From Glaucostegus cemiculus (lineage: Eukaryota), in contig CDPCPM010000059.1 in the NCBI GenBank assembly GCA_976551045.1, positions 4,774,001 through 4,838,000 on the forward strand: 64,000 bases of DNA, read 5' to 3'. Both the position numbers and the translations under genes were made by a program. Under the pieces are notes generated by a model that worked only from the letters and a program-made list of their open reading frames with translations, was not told the origin of the DNA and did no database searches. This document shows positions 36,480 to 48,762 of the stretch, one piece after another (the first letter of the stretch is position 1; every line of letters starts with the position of its first letter).

Positions 36480-36645
36480 TCAAAAATACACTGTACATTC
36501 TGGAGGTCTGAACTAAAAGCATAAAATGCTGATGAAACTCAACAGTTCACCCCAGTTCTGATCACAGACCCGAAATGTTAACTGTTTCTCTTTCTATAGA
36601 TGCTGCCCAATCTGTTGGGGTTTTCCAGCTTTTCTGTTTTTATTA
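36480..36645. mobile_element. Penelope-derived short element with two inverted halves
   Basis: A minus-oriented half (tctgaactaaaagcataaaatgctgatgaaactcaacag) is followed by a plus-oriented half (cagttctgatca...gaaatgttaactg...gatgctgcccaatctgttggggttttccagc). Confidence 0.65.
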
Positions 36646-39154
36646 CCTATTCATGCTGCTCTGCTTATTGTGAAACAGCTAAAGAAAAATTTCAGAGCCT
36701 CAACAAATGTTTAGAGTTCATACAAAAGAGGGGCCTCCATGTATTGCATCCGAGGGTGGAACCATTACAAGGAATCCCAGGCAAAATCTGAATCCTGACG
36801 ACAAGAATTCAAGCAATAACTCAAAGGGTACATGGACATTACGTTCAAAAATTAAAGAATCAAGCAACTCACATGGTTTCTGCACTTTAGGACACTTGTG
36901 CCACCTTCCTTGCTTTCTCCCTTTAAAGAATTAACCACCAAGTGTGAAGCTTTGTTCCAGAAAGTTGCCAGCACTCCAGTCACTGGTGTCGAGAAAAGAT
37001 ACGAGATGTTGACATGCGTAATTTTACAAGTAACCAGGAAGTTGTTTTTTTGATTAAAAAATTCCCCACCTTCCAACTACTAATAATTTTGGGGATATAC
37101 CAGCAGATTTGTAAAGGGAAGCAAAAGCTAGTTCCTTCACATGCAAGTATTTAACTCTATAGGACACTGAATTGTCATGAAGCAGAATTTCCCAAATTGT
37201 GCAAGCATTCACGAGATACAGAGTACCAAGAGTCTTTGTTGGTGATGGTTCTCTGATGTGCCCTGGTTTTACTCTGATGCCTCATGTTGCTATGGTGTCT
37301 GTCATGACCCAGCAGATCACATAAAATACAGTCTGCTCAGTTTGTCCCAATGCAATGCAGGGCCAATTGACGTTTTTGTGCTGAACCCTAATTCAATGCA
37401 GTGCAGGGCAGCGGTGTTACAAACGATGAGTAGCCGATTTGGCCATCATGTCTCTTCCACCAAATGCTGTTCGTCACAGATCAAAGAGTTAAATTTTAAT
37501 TATTCCTTTATAGGTTGTATGATCAAAAGAAATAAAGGAAGTGTTACTCCACCACAATGAACAATGTCAGTACAAACTGGGGAAGCACGATCTGCAGCTT
37601 GTGCTGCACCAGTCAGATCACTTCTTACTCCTACTGCATAGATTGGCTTGAAGTTGCAAACTTTTGCAATATCTATTGTCATCAGAACTTTTATCTATTG
37701 CCTTCATTTCAGTGGAAAATGATGTTTGTTACGGAAAAATTTCAGAATGGTGCATTTTTAAAGATACATATTGTGATGCAATTGATAAAAGAAAACAACA
37801 TAAGGCAAGCTTCATAGAATAGTGGAAAAGAAGATGGTTTCAGCATGAGTTATGACAGTACTGGGAATTCTGCTGTCCTAACTCTGGGTGACTAATGAAA
37901 AGAAGAACGTGAATTACAATTACAGAAATGTTGTGTACATGATCTCCATTTCAACTCTTCCCAGTCCCCACCATCCCAGGTGAGAGCGGTTTGGGGTGCG
38001 AAGGTAAGACATTTAAACCAGACATCTAAATTGAAGCTCTCACTTCAAGTGTGAGAGCTGTTACTGAAGGAGTTTCAGCAGTGAGAGGGAAATAAAGCTG
38101 ATGGCTTTTGATGGCTGAAGGCGGCAAGATGCACTTGCAGCCTTCTGTTGCTCAAGAGGTTTCATCCCTCCCCTGAACTCTCTGGTGGGGCTGGAGGAAT
38201 GCCATCTGCTTCCCAGACTAGGGACCTCTAAACACCTACCCCACCATTCCGCCAGCCTTCTTCACAAGCCTCTCCTCTATCCCCACCCCGGCAAGGGACC
38301 TTCCTCATTCAGCCTCATTCCTTCAAGATGGGAACCCTATGCTCATGCAGAACCTTCACCCCACATGAATGAGGGCCTCAACTACTTGCAACCCTATATT
38401 TAGGGCCTCTCCTCCATCTGAAGGCCCAATTAATCGAGGACATCTCCCCCCTCTGCCCTAGCCATTAAATGCTATCAACCCATGTTTAAAAGGGTCTATA
38501 AGCAAACACTTTAGACTCCCAGGAGTAGTTGCCTTTTAAAAAGCGTGCCTATTATAAAGTGGTAGTAAAATTAGTATTGACATTTTGAGGCCCTCATTAC
38601 CATCATCATCAAAATCAGCTCCATTGCTTTTAGAAGATCCTTTCCTTTCAATGATTAGATCCTGACTAAATCAGTGAAGGAATGACAAAGAAACATAGGA
38701 CCAAGAAAAGCACACTATTTTTCCAGCAATATACAACTGACAATTGACTTTACCCAGAGTGAATCACAATAATGACCATGTTGATGTTACTTTGGAAAGT
38801 TGAATGGGCAACTCCCCACGTAAAGCAACTTTGCGCAATCTCCACATCCGTCACACACAAGATAATGTCATTCCCAGTCCATTGCTCTCTTTCAAGAACT
38901 GTTGGGGAACTTACATTGACCTCATGGTTCCAGGAATGACCATCATTGGGAACTCCAATACAGCTTTTTTTTCCCCTCTGATGCTGCACTGAATTGGCAC
39001 TCTGGGAAGGTAGCCCCCTGTTTATCTTTGATCTTTCTGACCACACTCTAGCACACCGATCATAATCCTGCACCTAAAAGACTCTGGGTTCTCATACCTC
39101 ACCCCCCCCCCCACCTGACTCACAAGGTCTGACCTAATCTCTTGCCACCTAACT

Positions 39155-39280
39155 CACAAGGTCCGACCCAAAATGTTAATTCAGTTTCTCTTTCCATAGA
39201 TGCTACCCGACTTGCTGGGCATTTCCAACACTTTCAGTTTTTTCTTTCAGATTACCAGGATCTGCAGATTTTTTTTTTCT
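39155..39280 (+). mobile_element. Short Penelope-derived fragment
   Basis: gacccaaaatgttaattcagtttctctttccatagatgctacccgacttgctgggcatttcc...cagattaccaggatctgcag. Confidence 0.7.
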
Positions 39281-40054
39281 ATTTTCTTTAAATGAATCAA
39301 TGGTCTGACATCTGTAAACATAATGGATGTGTCAAAAGCACACCAAGATGTATGAGGTGAAAACAAATAAATACATGAATCCCTATTAACAAATAGCACT
39401 TCTGGGTATAAGAAAGTGCATCCACGTTTCCTTATAGGAGTCGTGGTTCCCTACAGTATAACGTCAATAAATTTATGATCAGCAGGTCCTCCAACCCTGC
39501 ACTAGAAAGAGCACAAACGTAACAGGAAAATTTCTGTTTTGACATGGAATGTTTCAAGTAGCTAGAACATAAAAATGAACCCTTTTTCTCCCATGCTCCT
39601 CACTAGTTTCGCACTAAAAACTGAAAATGAATCTGAATCATCACACAAGTTAAAAACTGCTGAAATATGACGAAAAGGGATTACCCTTGGAAACAAGCCA
39701 AATCGATTAATTCAGAAATTAGTCAGGATACAATTACCTTTATTATAACTGTAAATTGAATTGTACATTGCCCAGTCCTGAGCAGGTATTTAAGATGAAG
39801 TCAATAAAAAGTCACAAACAGTTGCACAGCACAGAAATGAGCCCATTTGCCCGCATTAGTATCATATCCTTTTATGCTTTGTCTATTTAAATATCTGCCT
39901 AAATGCCTCATAATTTTGTTTCTGCTTCCACCACCACCTCTGGCAGCACATCCCAGGTATTAACTACTCTTGATATAGAGAAAAGGAAAAAGAACCAAAG
40001 CATAGCACCTTTCATAATTTATATCAGCACCTCCTAGCAATGGTAATAACCAGA

Positions 40055-40270
40055 TAACCCTTTTTAAAGTGCTGTTGAGGGATATTGACTAGGACAGGAA
40101 GGGAAATTCATTTGCCCTTATTCAAAGTATCATGGGATCTTATGACGACACTAGAGAGTAGCTGGGATCCGAGTTTAACATTTCATTCCCCGTCAAACAT
40201 TGCCTCACTACCATCCTAGCCTTTGATATGGGACTTGGAACCTCAATATGCTGATTCAAAAGCTAGATGC
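40055..40270 (-). mobile_element. DeuSINE (Deu-domain) remnant
   Basis: gttgagggatattgactaggac...tcaaagtatcatgggatcttatgac...gagtttaacatttcattcc; similar to 55750-55910. Confidence 0.55.
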
Positions 40271-40504
40271 CACTCATTGATATTCGCTGTTGTTTTCCAC
40301 CTTCATTACAGGGAAGCAAAACGGCAAGATGATGAAGAAGGATTCAATGAATCTGTCCAATTATCAAGACATTCAAAAGTACTTCAAAGCTAGTAAATTA
40401 TTTTTGATCCTATTGTTCAACATGGCAACCAATCAGCACACTAGTTGTAGCAGAGAGCAAACAAAGTAAAGGACCTTCTTGTTTATTTTAGAAGCACTAA
40501 TTGA

Positions 40505-40720
40505 AAAGCAAAAGACTGTGGATACTGGCAGTAAAAAAGAAAGCAGAAAATGTCTGAAACATTCAACAGGAAAGAGAAAAAGCATTAAGCTTTCAGGTCA
40601 GAGGCTCTTCATCAGAACTGGAAAAATGAAAAAATAAACTAGCTTTAAATAACAAAGAGGGGAGGGGAGGGATGGACAGGAGAAAGAGAAACTCTCTGAT
40701 AGGGTAAAGCCAAGGTTGCC
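40505..40720 (-). mobile_element. Penelope-derived fragment with intact hammerhead core boxes
   Basis: Minus strand of 40582-40620 reads cagtt-ctgatga-agagcctctgacct-gaaagctt-aatgc. Confidence 0.7.
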
Positions 40721-42049
40721 ACAGCAACACGTTATTTATGAAGTCATCTGGTCCATAGATTAGTGAAACCAGATCGAGAGAAAACGTACAAAGGGACATG
40801 TTAAAGTTCTGAAGTTCAGGTTAGAACTGTTGCTAAACTTGAAACCAAAAGGAAAATGTGGAAATGCCCAACACATCAGACAGGGAGTGTGGAGAGGGAA
40901 AAACTGAGGGAATGTTACATGCTCATTTGTAGCTTTGATCAAGGAAGAAATAAGTGTTTGGTTCAGAATCTATAGTGCAGTGGGATCATCTACTAGAACA
41001 CCCAGTCTCATCCAGAAGTTGGTTTCACTGGCAATACAGTATCCCCAAAGTGCAACACCAAAGAAACAGCAGAGTTCATGCCATGATTGAGCAGGCTAGA
41101 ACTCAACCTCCTAATCAGCTTTATGAGAAATATAATGTCCAACACCAGTCAAATTTTGCTGTGCCCTTTACTGCCAACCTAAAGTTGGTAAATGTGTTAG
41201 AATTTGCATCATTTGTGTACAACTTTCATTTTGCTGTAGCTGCAGTGCTAACTATTTTATGCAAGGATAATGTACTTTTTGGGTTCAACAATAATGACAC
41301 ACTAAAAAGGAAGCAATAAATAATGTTTTCTTGATTGATTAAATCAGGAGCCAGATGCTTTCAACAGATTAAAGCTTGCTGCTTTTGAATAAACCTCACC
41401 CAGTTATGGTCTATAACTTCCAGTTGATGGAGCAGTTGAAATTTGTCAAAATATAATTGTGCACAGTCTCTTAGTGAAACCAAGTGTGATTTAAACATCA
41501 AAGGGAGTCTAGGAATGCCACATTTTATGAGGGATTAACACCTGCTCAGAACTGTAGCCAGATTTTAACATTATAAAGTTGATTGAAACTATGAGCTTAG
41601 CTCACTCCACATCGACCGCTAGTGAGAATATAAGGGACAAAACTGACCCAGTCTCCACTGCATTCTTCACCTTCACTCATTTAGCTGGACTTCTCCAAGG
41701 CAACAGTAGTGGAATTATATTTGGTCTTAATCTCTGGACAATGGAAAGGTTTACCAGGCTTTGTATTCCCAATTCCTATCTGGTGTAAAATGAGCATGTG
41801 TACGAAATAGTTGAGGACCAGACAGAGAGATTTCCTTTGACACCCTCAAGATCAAATCATTGGCATGAGCAAGATATCAGATGCATTGGAAGTACCCATT
41901 GAAACTGCAGCAGTAGGCAGAAAGGAAAAGAGGAAAGATGATCGGCTATCTTTACCAGCTTATCTGAAAAGATAGCACCCTCCACCCAAAATGACCTGAT
42001 ACCCTAGACTTCATCTCCTAACCTGGTTTTCCATTTCAATCCCAAATTA

Positions 42050-42296
42050 TAGTTAGCCTCAATGAAATGGTAAGACCCTTGGAAGCACTGAGGAACAGAG
42101 GAATCTTGATATACACCTCTAAGGATCTGTGGAGGCAGTAGCACAAGTAGACACAGTGGTTAACGAACACACACAGGATATTTGCCTTCATAAATTGGGA
42201 CATAGAATACAAGAGCAGGGAGGTTATGGTACAAGGTAGAAGGGCTATACTGGAGTGCTGTGTGCAGTTCTAGTTGCCACACTGTAATAAGGATGT
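42050..42296 (+). mobile_element. CR1 internal fragment
   Basis: catagaatacaagagcagggaggttatg...ctggagtgctgtgtgcagttctagttgccacact (IEYKSREVM, LECCVQF). Confidence 0.75.
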
Positions 42297-42745
42297 ATTG
42301 GTATATATTTGTCAATTGTACTGAGGTACAGTGAAAAACCTGTCTTGCATACCGTTCATACAGATCAATTCATTACACAGTGCATTGAGGTTGTACAGGG
42401 TGAAAACAATAACAGAATACAGAGTAAAGTGTCACAGCTACAGGGAAGTGCATTGCAGGTAGACTACAAGGTGCAAGGTCAAACAAAGTAGATTGCGAGG
42501 TCAAGAGTCCATCTCATAGTATAAGAGAACTGTTCAATAGTCTTAGTGGGATACAAGCTGTCCTTGAGTCTGGTGATATGTGCTCTCAGGGTCCTGTATC
42601 TTCTGCCTGATGGGAGAGGGGAGAAGAGAAAATGATTCTGTTGGGGGGGGGGGTCTTTGATTATGCTGGCTGCTTCACCAAGGCAGCAAGAGTTATAAAC
42701 AGAATCCATGGAGGGGAGGCTGGTTTCCATGATGTGCTGGGCTGA
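42297..42745 (-). mobile_element. Rex1/Babar-like LINE 3' fragment
   Basis: ORF 42479-42730 reads SLPSMDSVYNSCCLGEAASIIKDP...FSPLPSGRRYRTLRAHITRLKDSLYP, followed by the 3' UTR. Confidence 0.9.
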
Positions 42746-43379
42746 ATTCTCTTCTCAACCCTCTTGCCTTGCTCTGCTTCCACCATCAGAATCCCTTCTC
42801 TTCAATTTATTCCTGTTCATCTTCTTCAACAATGCCCATCTTGAAAACTAACAGCAAAACCCTTGAATTATAAAGGCATCATTGTTGCCATCTGCTCTGT
42901 TCATTCAGGGGGGATGTTAAAGATTCCAAGGCACTATTTGAGAAAAAAAAAATTCTTCCCATTTTCTTGCCTCCTGGTCAAATAGTTCAATGAACAACAC
43001 CAGGAAGGGATGAATTAGTTATTTATTGTCTTTTACTAGTTCCCTTGGGAACATTACCAGTATATAATAGAGATGAGAGACAAGAAGAATTGGGAATGAC
43101 GGGCACCATTTCCTGAGGGGCTTTAGTGAAGTAGTTGAGTGTTTACACGAAAACAGTTCTCATGTGCTCTTCTGATGCTTTAAGTTTCAAAGCTTGTCAT
43201 GGTGTGTATGAATCTATAACCTCTGCATTGCTGGTTTAAAACCACAAGTCAACTGTTCCCTCTGCTGTTTGCGAATAAATTGGCTGCTAAGTAACCACAC
43301 CCTTAATTTTATATTCAGCACTAGTATAGTAATATCCTAAGCAAATCAAAAGTTACATACAGTAACAAGAACAATAATA

Positions 43380-43745
43380 CTTAAAAAGGAGGTGAAAAGT
43401 TAAGAGTAGGAGGGATTTAGGAAAGGAATTCCAGAGAGTGGAATCTAGATAGTCAAGGCACAAGAGTTAATGGTTGGATAAAGAGCATATAGAGGAGCTC
43501 AGAGTCAGGGAGATAGACATTATAGTGATAGTATGCAGGTTTGGAAGTGAAGGGAGGTTACAGAGAGGGTGGAATTACACCATTGAACATACAGATGCAA
43601 ATATTATAGTTGAGACACTGGGTAACTAGGAAATAGAGTGCATCAGTATGGGTAGGATGGAATGGGGTTAGGGTGACTCAAGGTAGAACATCACAGCTTT
43701 GGATGAATTAGTTCATCTGTGGTGGAAAATTGTAGAGCAGCCAGA
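43380..43745 (-). mobile_element. Old L2 fragment
   Basis: ttaaaaggaggtga...gggatttaggaaaggaattccagag...ggaggttacagaga, the reverse complement of an L2 ORF2 end (LWNSFP motif on the minus strand). Confidence 0.55.
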
Positions 43746-46714
43746 AAACCAGGGAGATAAATCATTGCCCTTTGTAGGAACTCATTGTTTGAAAGTTGTG
43801 AGAAATTTTAGTATGACAAAGTACAAGACAAAAATTCAATCATGCTATAACATTATGACTAAAGTTGCAAGTCTACTCTAATAACATCATCATTAGTTCA
43901 CTGTGTCTCCTTCAGTTCAGGTGAAGATACTTTAAAACCCTTCACTGACTCATTTTCTTCACACCAGAAACAAATTTTACTCAAGCCTCTGATGATGGGT
44001 TAAGTCTGAGTCTATTCTGATCTCTGAAGGGGAACTACATTGTTACCTTTTCAGAAAGAGGACTATTCATTTTGCAGATGTTAACAAATTTGTTAAATTC
44101 TTATATTAGAGAGGTTGGGGAAGGTATTAGTTAATCAAGGGAATGGAGGGATATGGATGATACACAGGAGGAGGATGTTTAGTATAAATCAGCATCAAGA
44201 TTGACATAACATTGTGGGCCAAATGGCCTTCCCATGCTGTACTGTTCTATGTTTAAAATTACACGAAAACTACAACTAGAAGTGTAACCCACACAGCCCA
44301 ATCAATCTGTGTGGGTGCTTATTGTCCATGTGATTCTAACACCAATCCCTCTTTCTTTAATCAAAACAAAGCTTGGATGTGGGGTCGAGAGGGAGCAGCC
44401 AGGGAAGGAACAGGTAATTAACAGCTAATTCACAACTGTATTAGTTATGTATGGACTAAGAAATAAATGGACTCATGATCTTCTCATCTCAAATTTTCTT
44501 CCATTTTAAAAGTGTAGATAGAGGGGAAAAAAATGGCAACATACAATTTTGTGAAATTGGGCTGACTCAGCAAGCTCCTGTCTGCCATATGACAGGAGGT
44601 GAACATTAATAGTAACATTCTCATTTTAGCATGAGACACGATTGTCCCATTTAATTCTCAGATTTGTAAGATATCAGCAATAGGAAGTGTAAACTTTCAC
44701 TACCCTTATTCCAGATGACAATCTGATTTTTAAACCAAAATATAGATGCATTCATGATTTGGCTTATCAGTGTACTTTGCAAAAGACAAACAGAGAGCCA
44801 TGACAACCCAAGACTGGATATTTAAAAAAATATGCACATATTTGCTGAAATTATTTCGCTGTCGATAGTGCTGAACATGCTACAGAGAAATCAGTGGTGT
44901 GAATTAATTTTATAGTCAGAGTAGAATGCGCTGTTGCAACTATGAAGTGTATTTAGCACTACACGTAGAGGAATAATATCTTGACTATTGCATTTCAAAC
45001 ATTTGACCAAGTCTTCACAAGCATGGATGTGTATTTGAATTACTCTGTTATGTATCATGATGCCATATGATTTGTTTTTACAATGTGCCCTTAAAGTTCA
45101 TTGTGAACATCTCAGTTAGGTCATTGAAACCAAAATCTTGCCACATAGACAAGGACATAAAAGTGGCTGTCACTGTGATTGAATTGACAACCAAAACGGT
45201 GATATCTGTAGTGTTTATCTATTAGATATTAGTAATGAGTTGGATTTACATTCAAATGAGGGAGATTAAAAAGCTTTCTCAGTATCTGTTGTGTCGTGGT
45301 AGTGTGTTGCTCAACTGTTCTATCACATGACTTGTAATGGTTATGTAGAGATGACTATACTGTTAATATAAGCACACAGAATATAATGGTGTTTTTAATA
45401 TATCCAATGCAGCCAACATTGTTTTGCAGCAAAATAAGCAAATCAATAAAATTCACACCAACAGCAAATTTTAAATGACACACACTACATATGTCAAGGG
45501 ACTACAACTTGTGATCCCAGTCATAACCTCTTAACACAGTTTTTCTGGAAAGCTTCCTTTCACTCAAGATAAACAAATTCCACAATCCAGATACCAGCAC
45601 TAAATTCCACAGCACTAAATACATCCTTTTATTTCATTGTACAAAATATCTGGCGTTCCCAGCACTGCAGGATTTTTAATTACCTTGGGTTTTTTAAAAA
45701 AATGCAATACATAACTAAGTGCAACCATTCCACTGCCAAACTTCAATCAGGGACATGGGAATGATTGATTGGCCTAATCGCTTTGCTGTAAGTGTTTGGT
45801 ATTGGTTTTATTTACAGCCTCTGAATGGCTGATTAAGTGAGCCGGTATGTAGTCTTTTGAAACCCTGACCCAAAACAAAACATTTCTGGGAGATTAGCTG
45901 TGTATTTATTGAAATTCAACCCTGCAATCATCTGCATCTCTGATAACCTAAAGTCATCTATTTAAACTCAAAAATTCAATGATTAAAAGATTTAAAACAG
46001 GCAGCTTTAAATTTTAACGGCATGAAAATCAATACTTTTAACCACTCCCAAAGATATTAATTATTGCAAAAATCAATATCACTAAAACAAATTATCCAGG
46101 TCATAAGTAAACTGCTATTTGTAGAACACTGCTGTGTAAAAGTTGCCACAAAAGCTACCCTTTGAGTGCACTCACTGACAGCAAAATATTTTGGGAAGGC
46201 ATTATGCAAGTACAGGTCCTTTCACATGTCCTGTGCCAATGTTACTGGGAATCCAGCTGCTTCTTTAAAGAATTTCTTTAAGATGTGAAATTCATTATGA
46301 GTGACAGCCTTTAACATTCAGTCTTCTCCCCTCACCCTGAGATGCTGACACTTCCAGATTGCATCCCCATAGGTGATGGTCACTCTTCAGTATCTCACCC
46401 AAGCACTGTAACCAGGTATCTTCACCTAGTTGGGCCACCACAGTTGAAAATAACTGCCTATCCTTACCCATTCACTACACTGGGCATATTTTTTTAATTG
46501 TTGATGGGGAGATGGAAACTGTTAACAGGATACAGTGGTTGGTAAGTTATTGAATCAGCAACCAGAGACAGGACCTAAAATCCCACCGTGTAGGTGGGGT
46601 GTTTAAATTTGATATAAGTGACCAGGAACCTACTGGATTGTTGTTGAAGAAAGAAGTTCCCATATAGTAAGGGAAAGGAAATCTTCTGTCTTCGCCCAAT
46701 CACTATTTCTGACA

Positions 46715-47720
46715 ACTATCGATCTTTGCCTTAAACGTACTCAATGATACCGTCTCCACATATCTCTGAGGCAGAGAATTCCAAAGAGTAACAGTTCTCC
46801 AAGATGAAATTCCTACCAGTCTCCATCTTAAATGGCTAATTCCTTATTCTGATACACCCACCAGGAGAAACACATTCTCAGTGTCCATCCCTCTCAGAAT
46901 GTCACATTCCAGCCCATCCCCCGGGTTAATATGTTCATTCCTACAAACAGCAAAATGAGCTTCCTCTCTCCACTTTTAGTAATTATGAGCCTTGTGAGCT
47001 TTTGATGCCATTCATTACAATACTGTGGAGGTATGGTTACCATATTGAGCGATTGTCGTGTAGTTTCCAACTTATGGACAAAATCAACTTATAGACATCT
47101 GTATAAACGGAACCCATTTATTATCCAGGGATGACCTGTGTGCTTCATTCTTTTAAACTCCAAAGAGTAAAGCCCAACCTGCTTAACCCCTCTTCATTAT
47201 GTCAAGCCCTTCATCCCAAGAATATTCAACTGAATATATCCCTCTTTAAATACAGACCAAAACTGCATGCAGTACTCCAGATGCAGTCTCACCAGCATCC
47301 TGTAAAGTTGCATCAAAACTTCTATGCTTTTATAAGATCTTCATTAGTCACATGTACCTCAAAACACAGTGAAATACATCGTTTGCATAGTGATTTTGGG
47401 GGGCAGCCCGCAAGTGTCGCCACGCTTCCAGCGCCAACATAGCATGCCCATAACTTCCTAACCTGTGGGAGGAAACCGGAGCACCCGGAGGAAACCCACA
47501 TGGACACAGAGAACATACAAACTCCTTACAGACAGTGGCCAGATTTGAACCTGGGTCACTGGTGCTGTAAGGCATTGTGCTTACCACTATGCTACCATGC
47601 TGTCCAATATTCCATACCTCTTGCAATAAAGACCAACATTTCCATTAGCCTTCTTAACTACTTGCTGTAGCTGCAAGCCAACCCTTTGTGTTTCATGCAC
47701 TAGAACACTCAAGGTCCCCT
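46715..47720 (-). mobile_element. CR1 fragment interrupted by a V-SINE
   Basis: ggcagagaattccaaaga...gcagtactccagatgcagtctcacc, resuming at ttgcaataaagaccaacatttccattagccttctta after the SINE. Confidence 0.75.
47333..47605 (-). mobile_element. V-SINE type A
   Basis: Contains gggcagcccgcaagtgtcgccacgcttccagcgccaacatagcatgcc and ggaggaaaccggagcacccggaggaaacccac. Sibling of 2488 and 26216. Confidence 0.9.
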
Positions 47721-48029
47721 TGTACAACAATACGTTGACTCTGGCAAGTCAACAGGGCTTAGCAAAATACACTAACCTTGGCCAATGGCACCCATACTGT
47801 GTGAATGGATAAGTTATAAGAACCTCATCCATTCTTCTCCTTTGTTAGGCATAGCCTTTATGCAACAGAGATCAAGTTATCAGCCAGAGACTGAGCAAAC
47901 CTGGGACTTTCTTTGTCATGCTGGCTCAGAATCACACTACACATCACATCAGTCAACTGGCCAGTTGAGGGGAACTGCCATTAATTACTTCAATCCTGAC
48001 CCAAGTAAAGAAAGTTCTCTCAAGTCCAG

Positions 48030-48762
48030 GACCTGGTCCACTAACATTACGGCCCTCGTGAAGAAAGCTCAGAAACGCCTCTACTTCCTGCGGAGACTGA
48101 GGAAAGCGAACTCCCATCCCTCAATTATGAAAACTTTCTATAGAGGGACCATTGAGAGCACCTTAACCCAATGTATCACTGTTTGGTTTGGAAGCTGCTC
48201 AGCTGCTGGGCGGAAGTCCCTCCAGAGGATAGTTAGGGCTGCAGAGAGGATCATAGGTGTCTCTCTTCCATCCCTTGCAGACATATACAAAGACCGTTGT
48301 GTGAGGAAGACCAAAAATGTAATGGCCGACCCTTCTCACCCATCCCATCACCTCTTTACAATTTTGCCATCTGGGAGGAGGCTCAAATGTATCAGGGCAA
48401 GAACGACCAGGCTGAGCAATAGCTTCTTTCCGCAAGCCATCAGAACTGCAAACTCTCTCATCCCTCCATCTTCCTTGTTAACACTAAGAGATGCTAGGTG
48501 CGCAGAAATGTACCAGCACTTTAAATGCCCGCCACCAGCCCGTTCACTTTAATAACTATTTATTTATTTACCGGCTGTTTCTAATTTAACCTGCGTATTT
48601 AATTTAATTTAAACTTCCGTAGTTTTTCAATTTTTTTTGTTCAGTGTGTCTGTGTGTCTCTGTCATTTGTTATTTAATGGGACGAGCACCTGAGGAAGAC
48701 AGTATCTCGCTCCTATGCATACTATGTATGTATATGGTTGTGACAATAAAACTGATTCTGAT
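48030..48762 (+). mobile_element. Rex1/Babar-clade LINE 3' fragment with uninterrupted reading frame
   Basis: TWSTNITALVKKAQKRLYFLRRLRK...FYRGTIESTLTQCITVWFGSC...LPSGRRLKCIRARTTRLSNSFFPQAIR, open to the stop at 48552. The UTR ends tgacaataaaactgattctga. Confidence 0.92.

Noticed and set aside
39111-39170. Two near-identical 24-bp direct repeats resembling a mini CRISPR array
   Set aside because: There are only two units with an 11-bp spacer, in a eukaryotic context with no cas genes. It is a local duplication beside a Penelope fragment.
47785-48552. Longest ORF (255 aa) as a host or chimeric gene
   Set aside because: The last two-thirds is Rex1 ORF2 C-terminus. The first 80 or so codons are flanking DNA that happens to be open, and there is no promoter or splice evidence.
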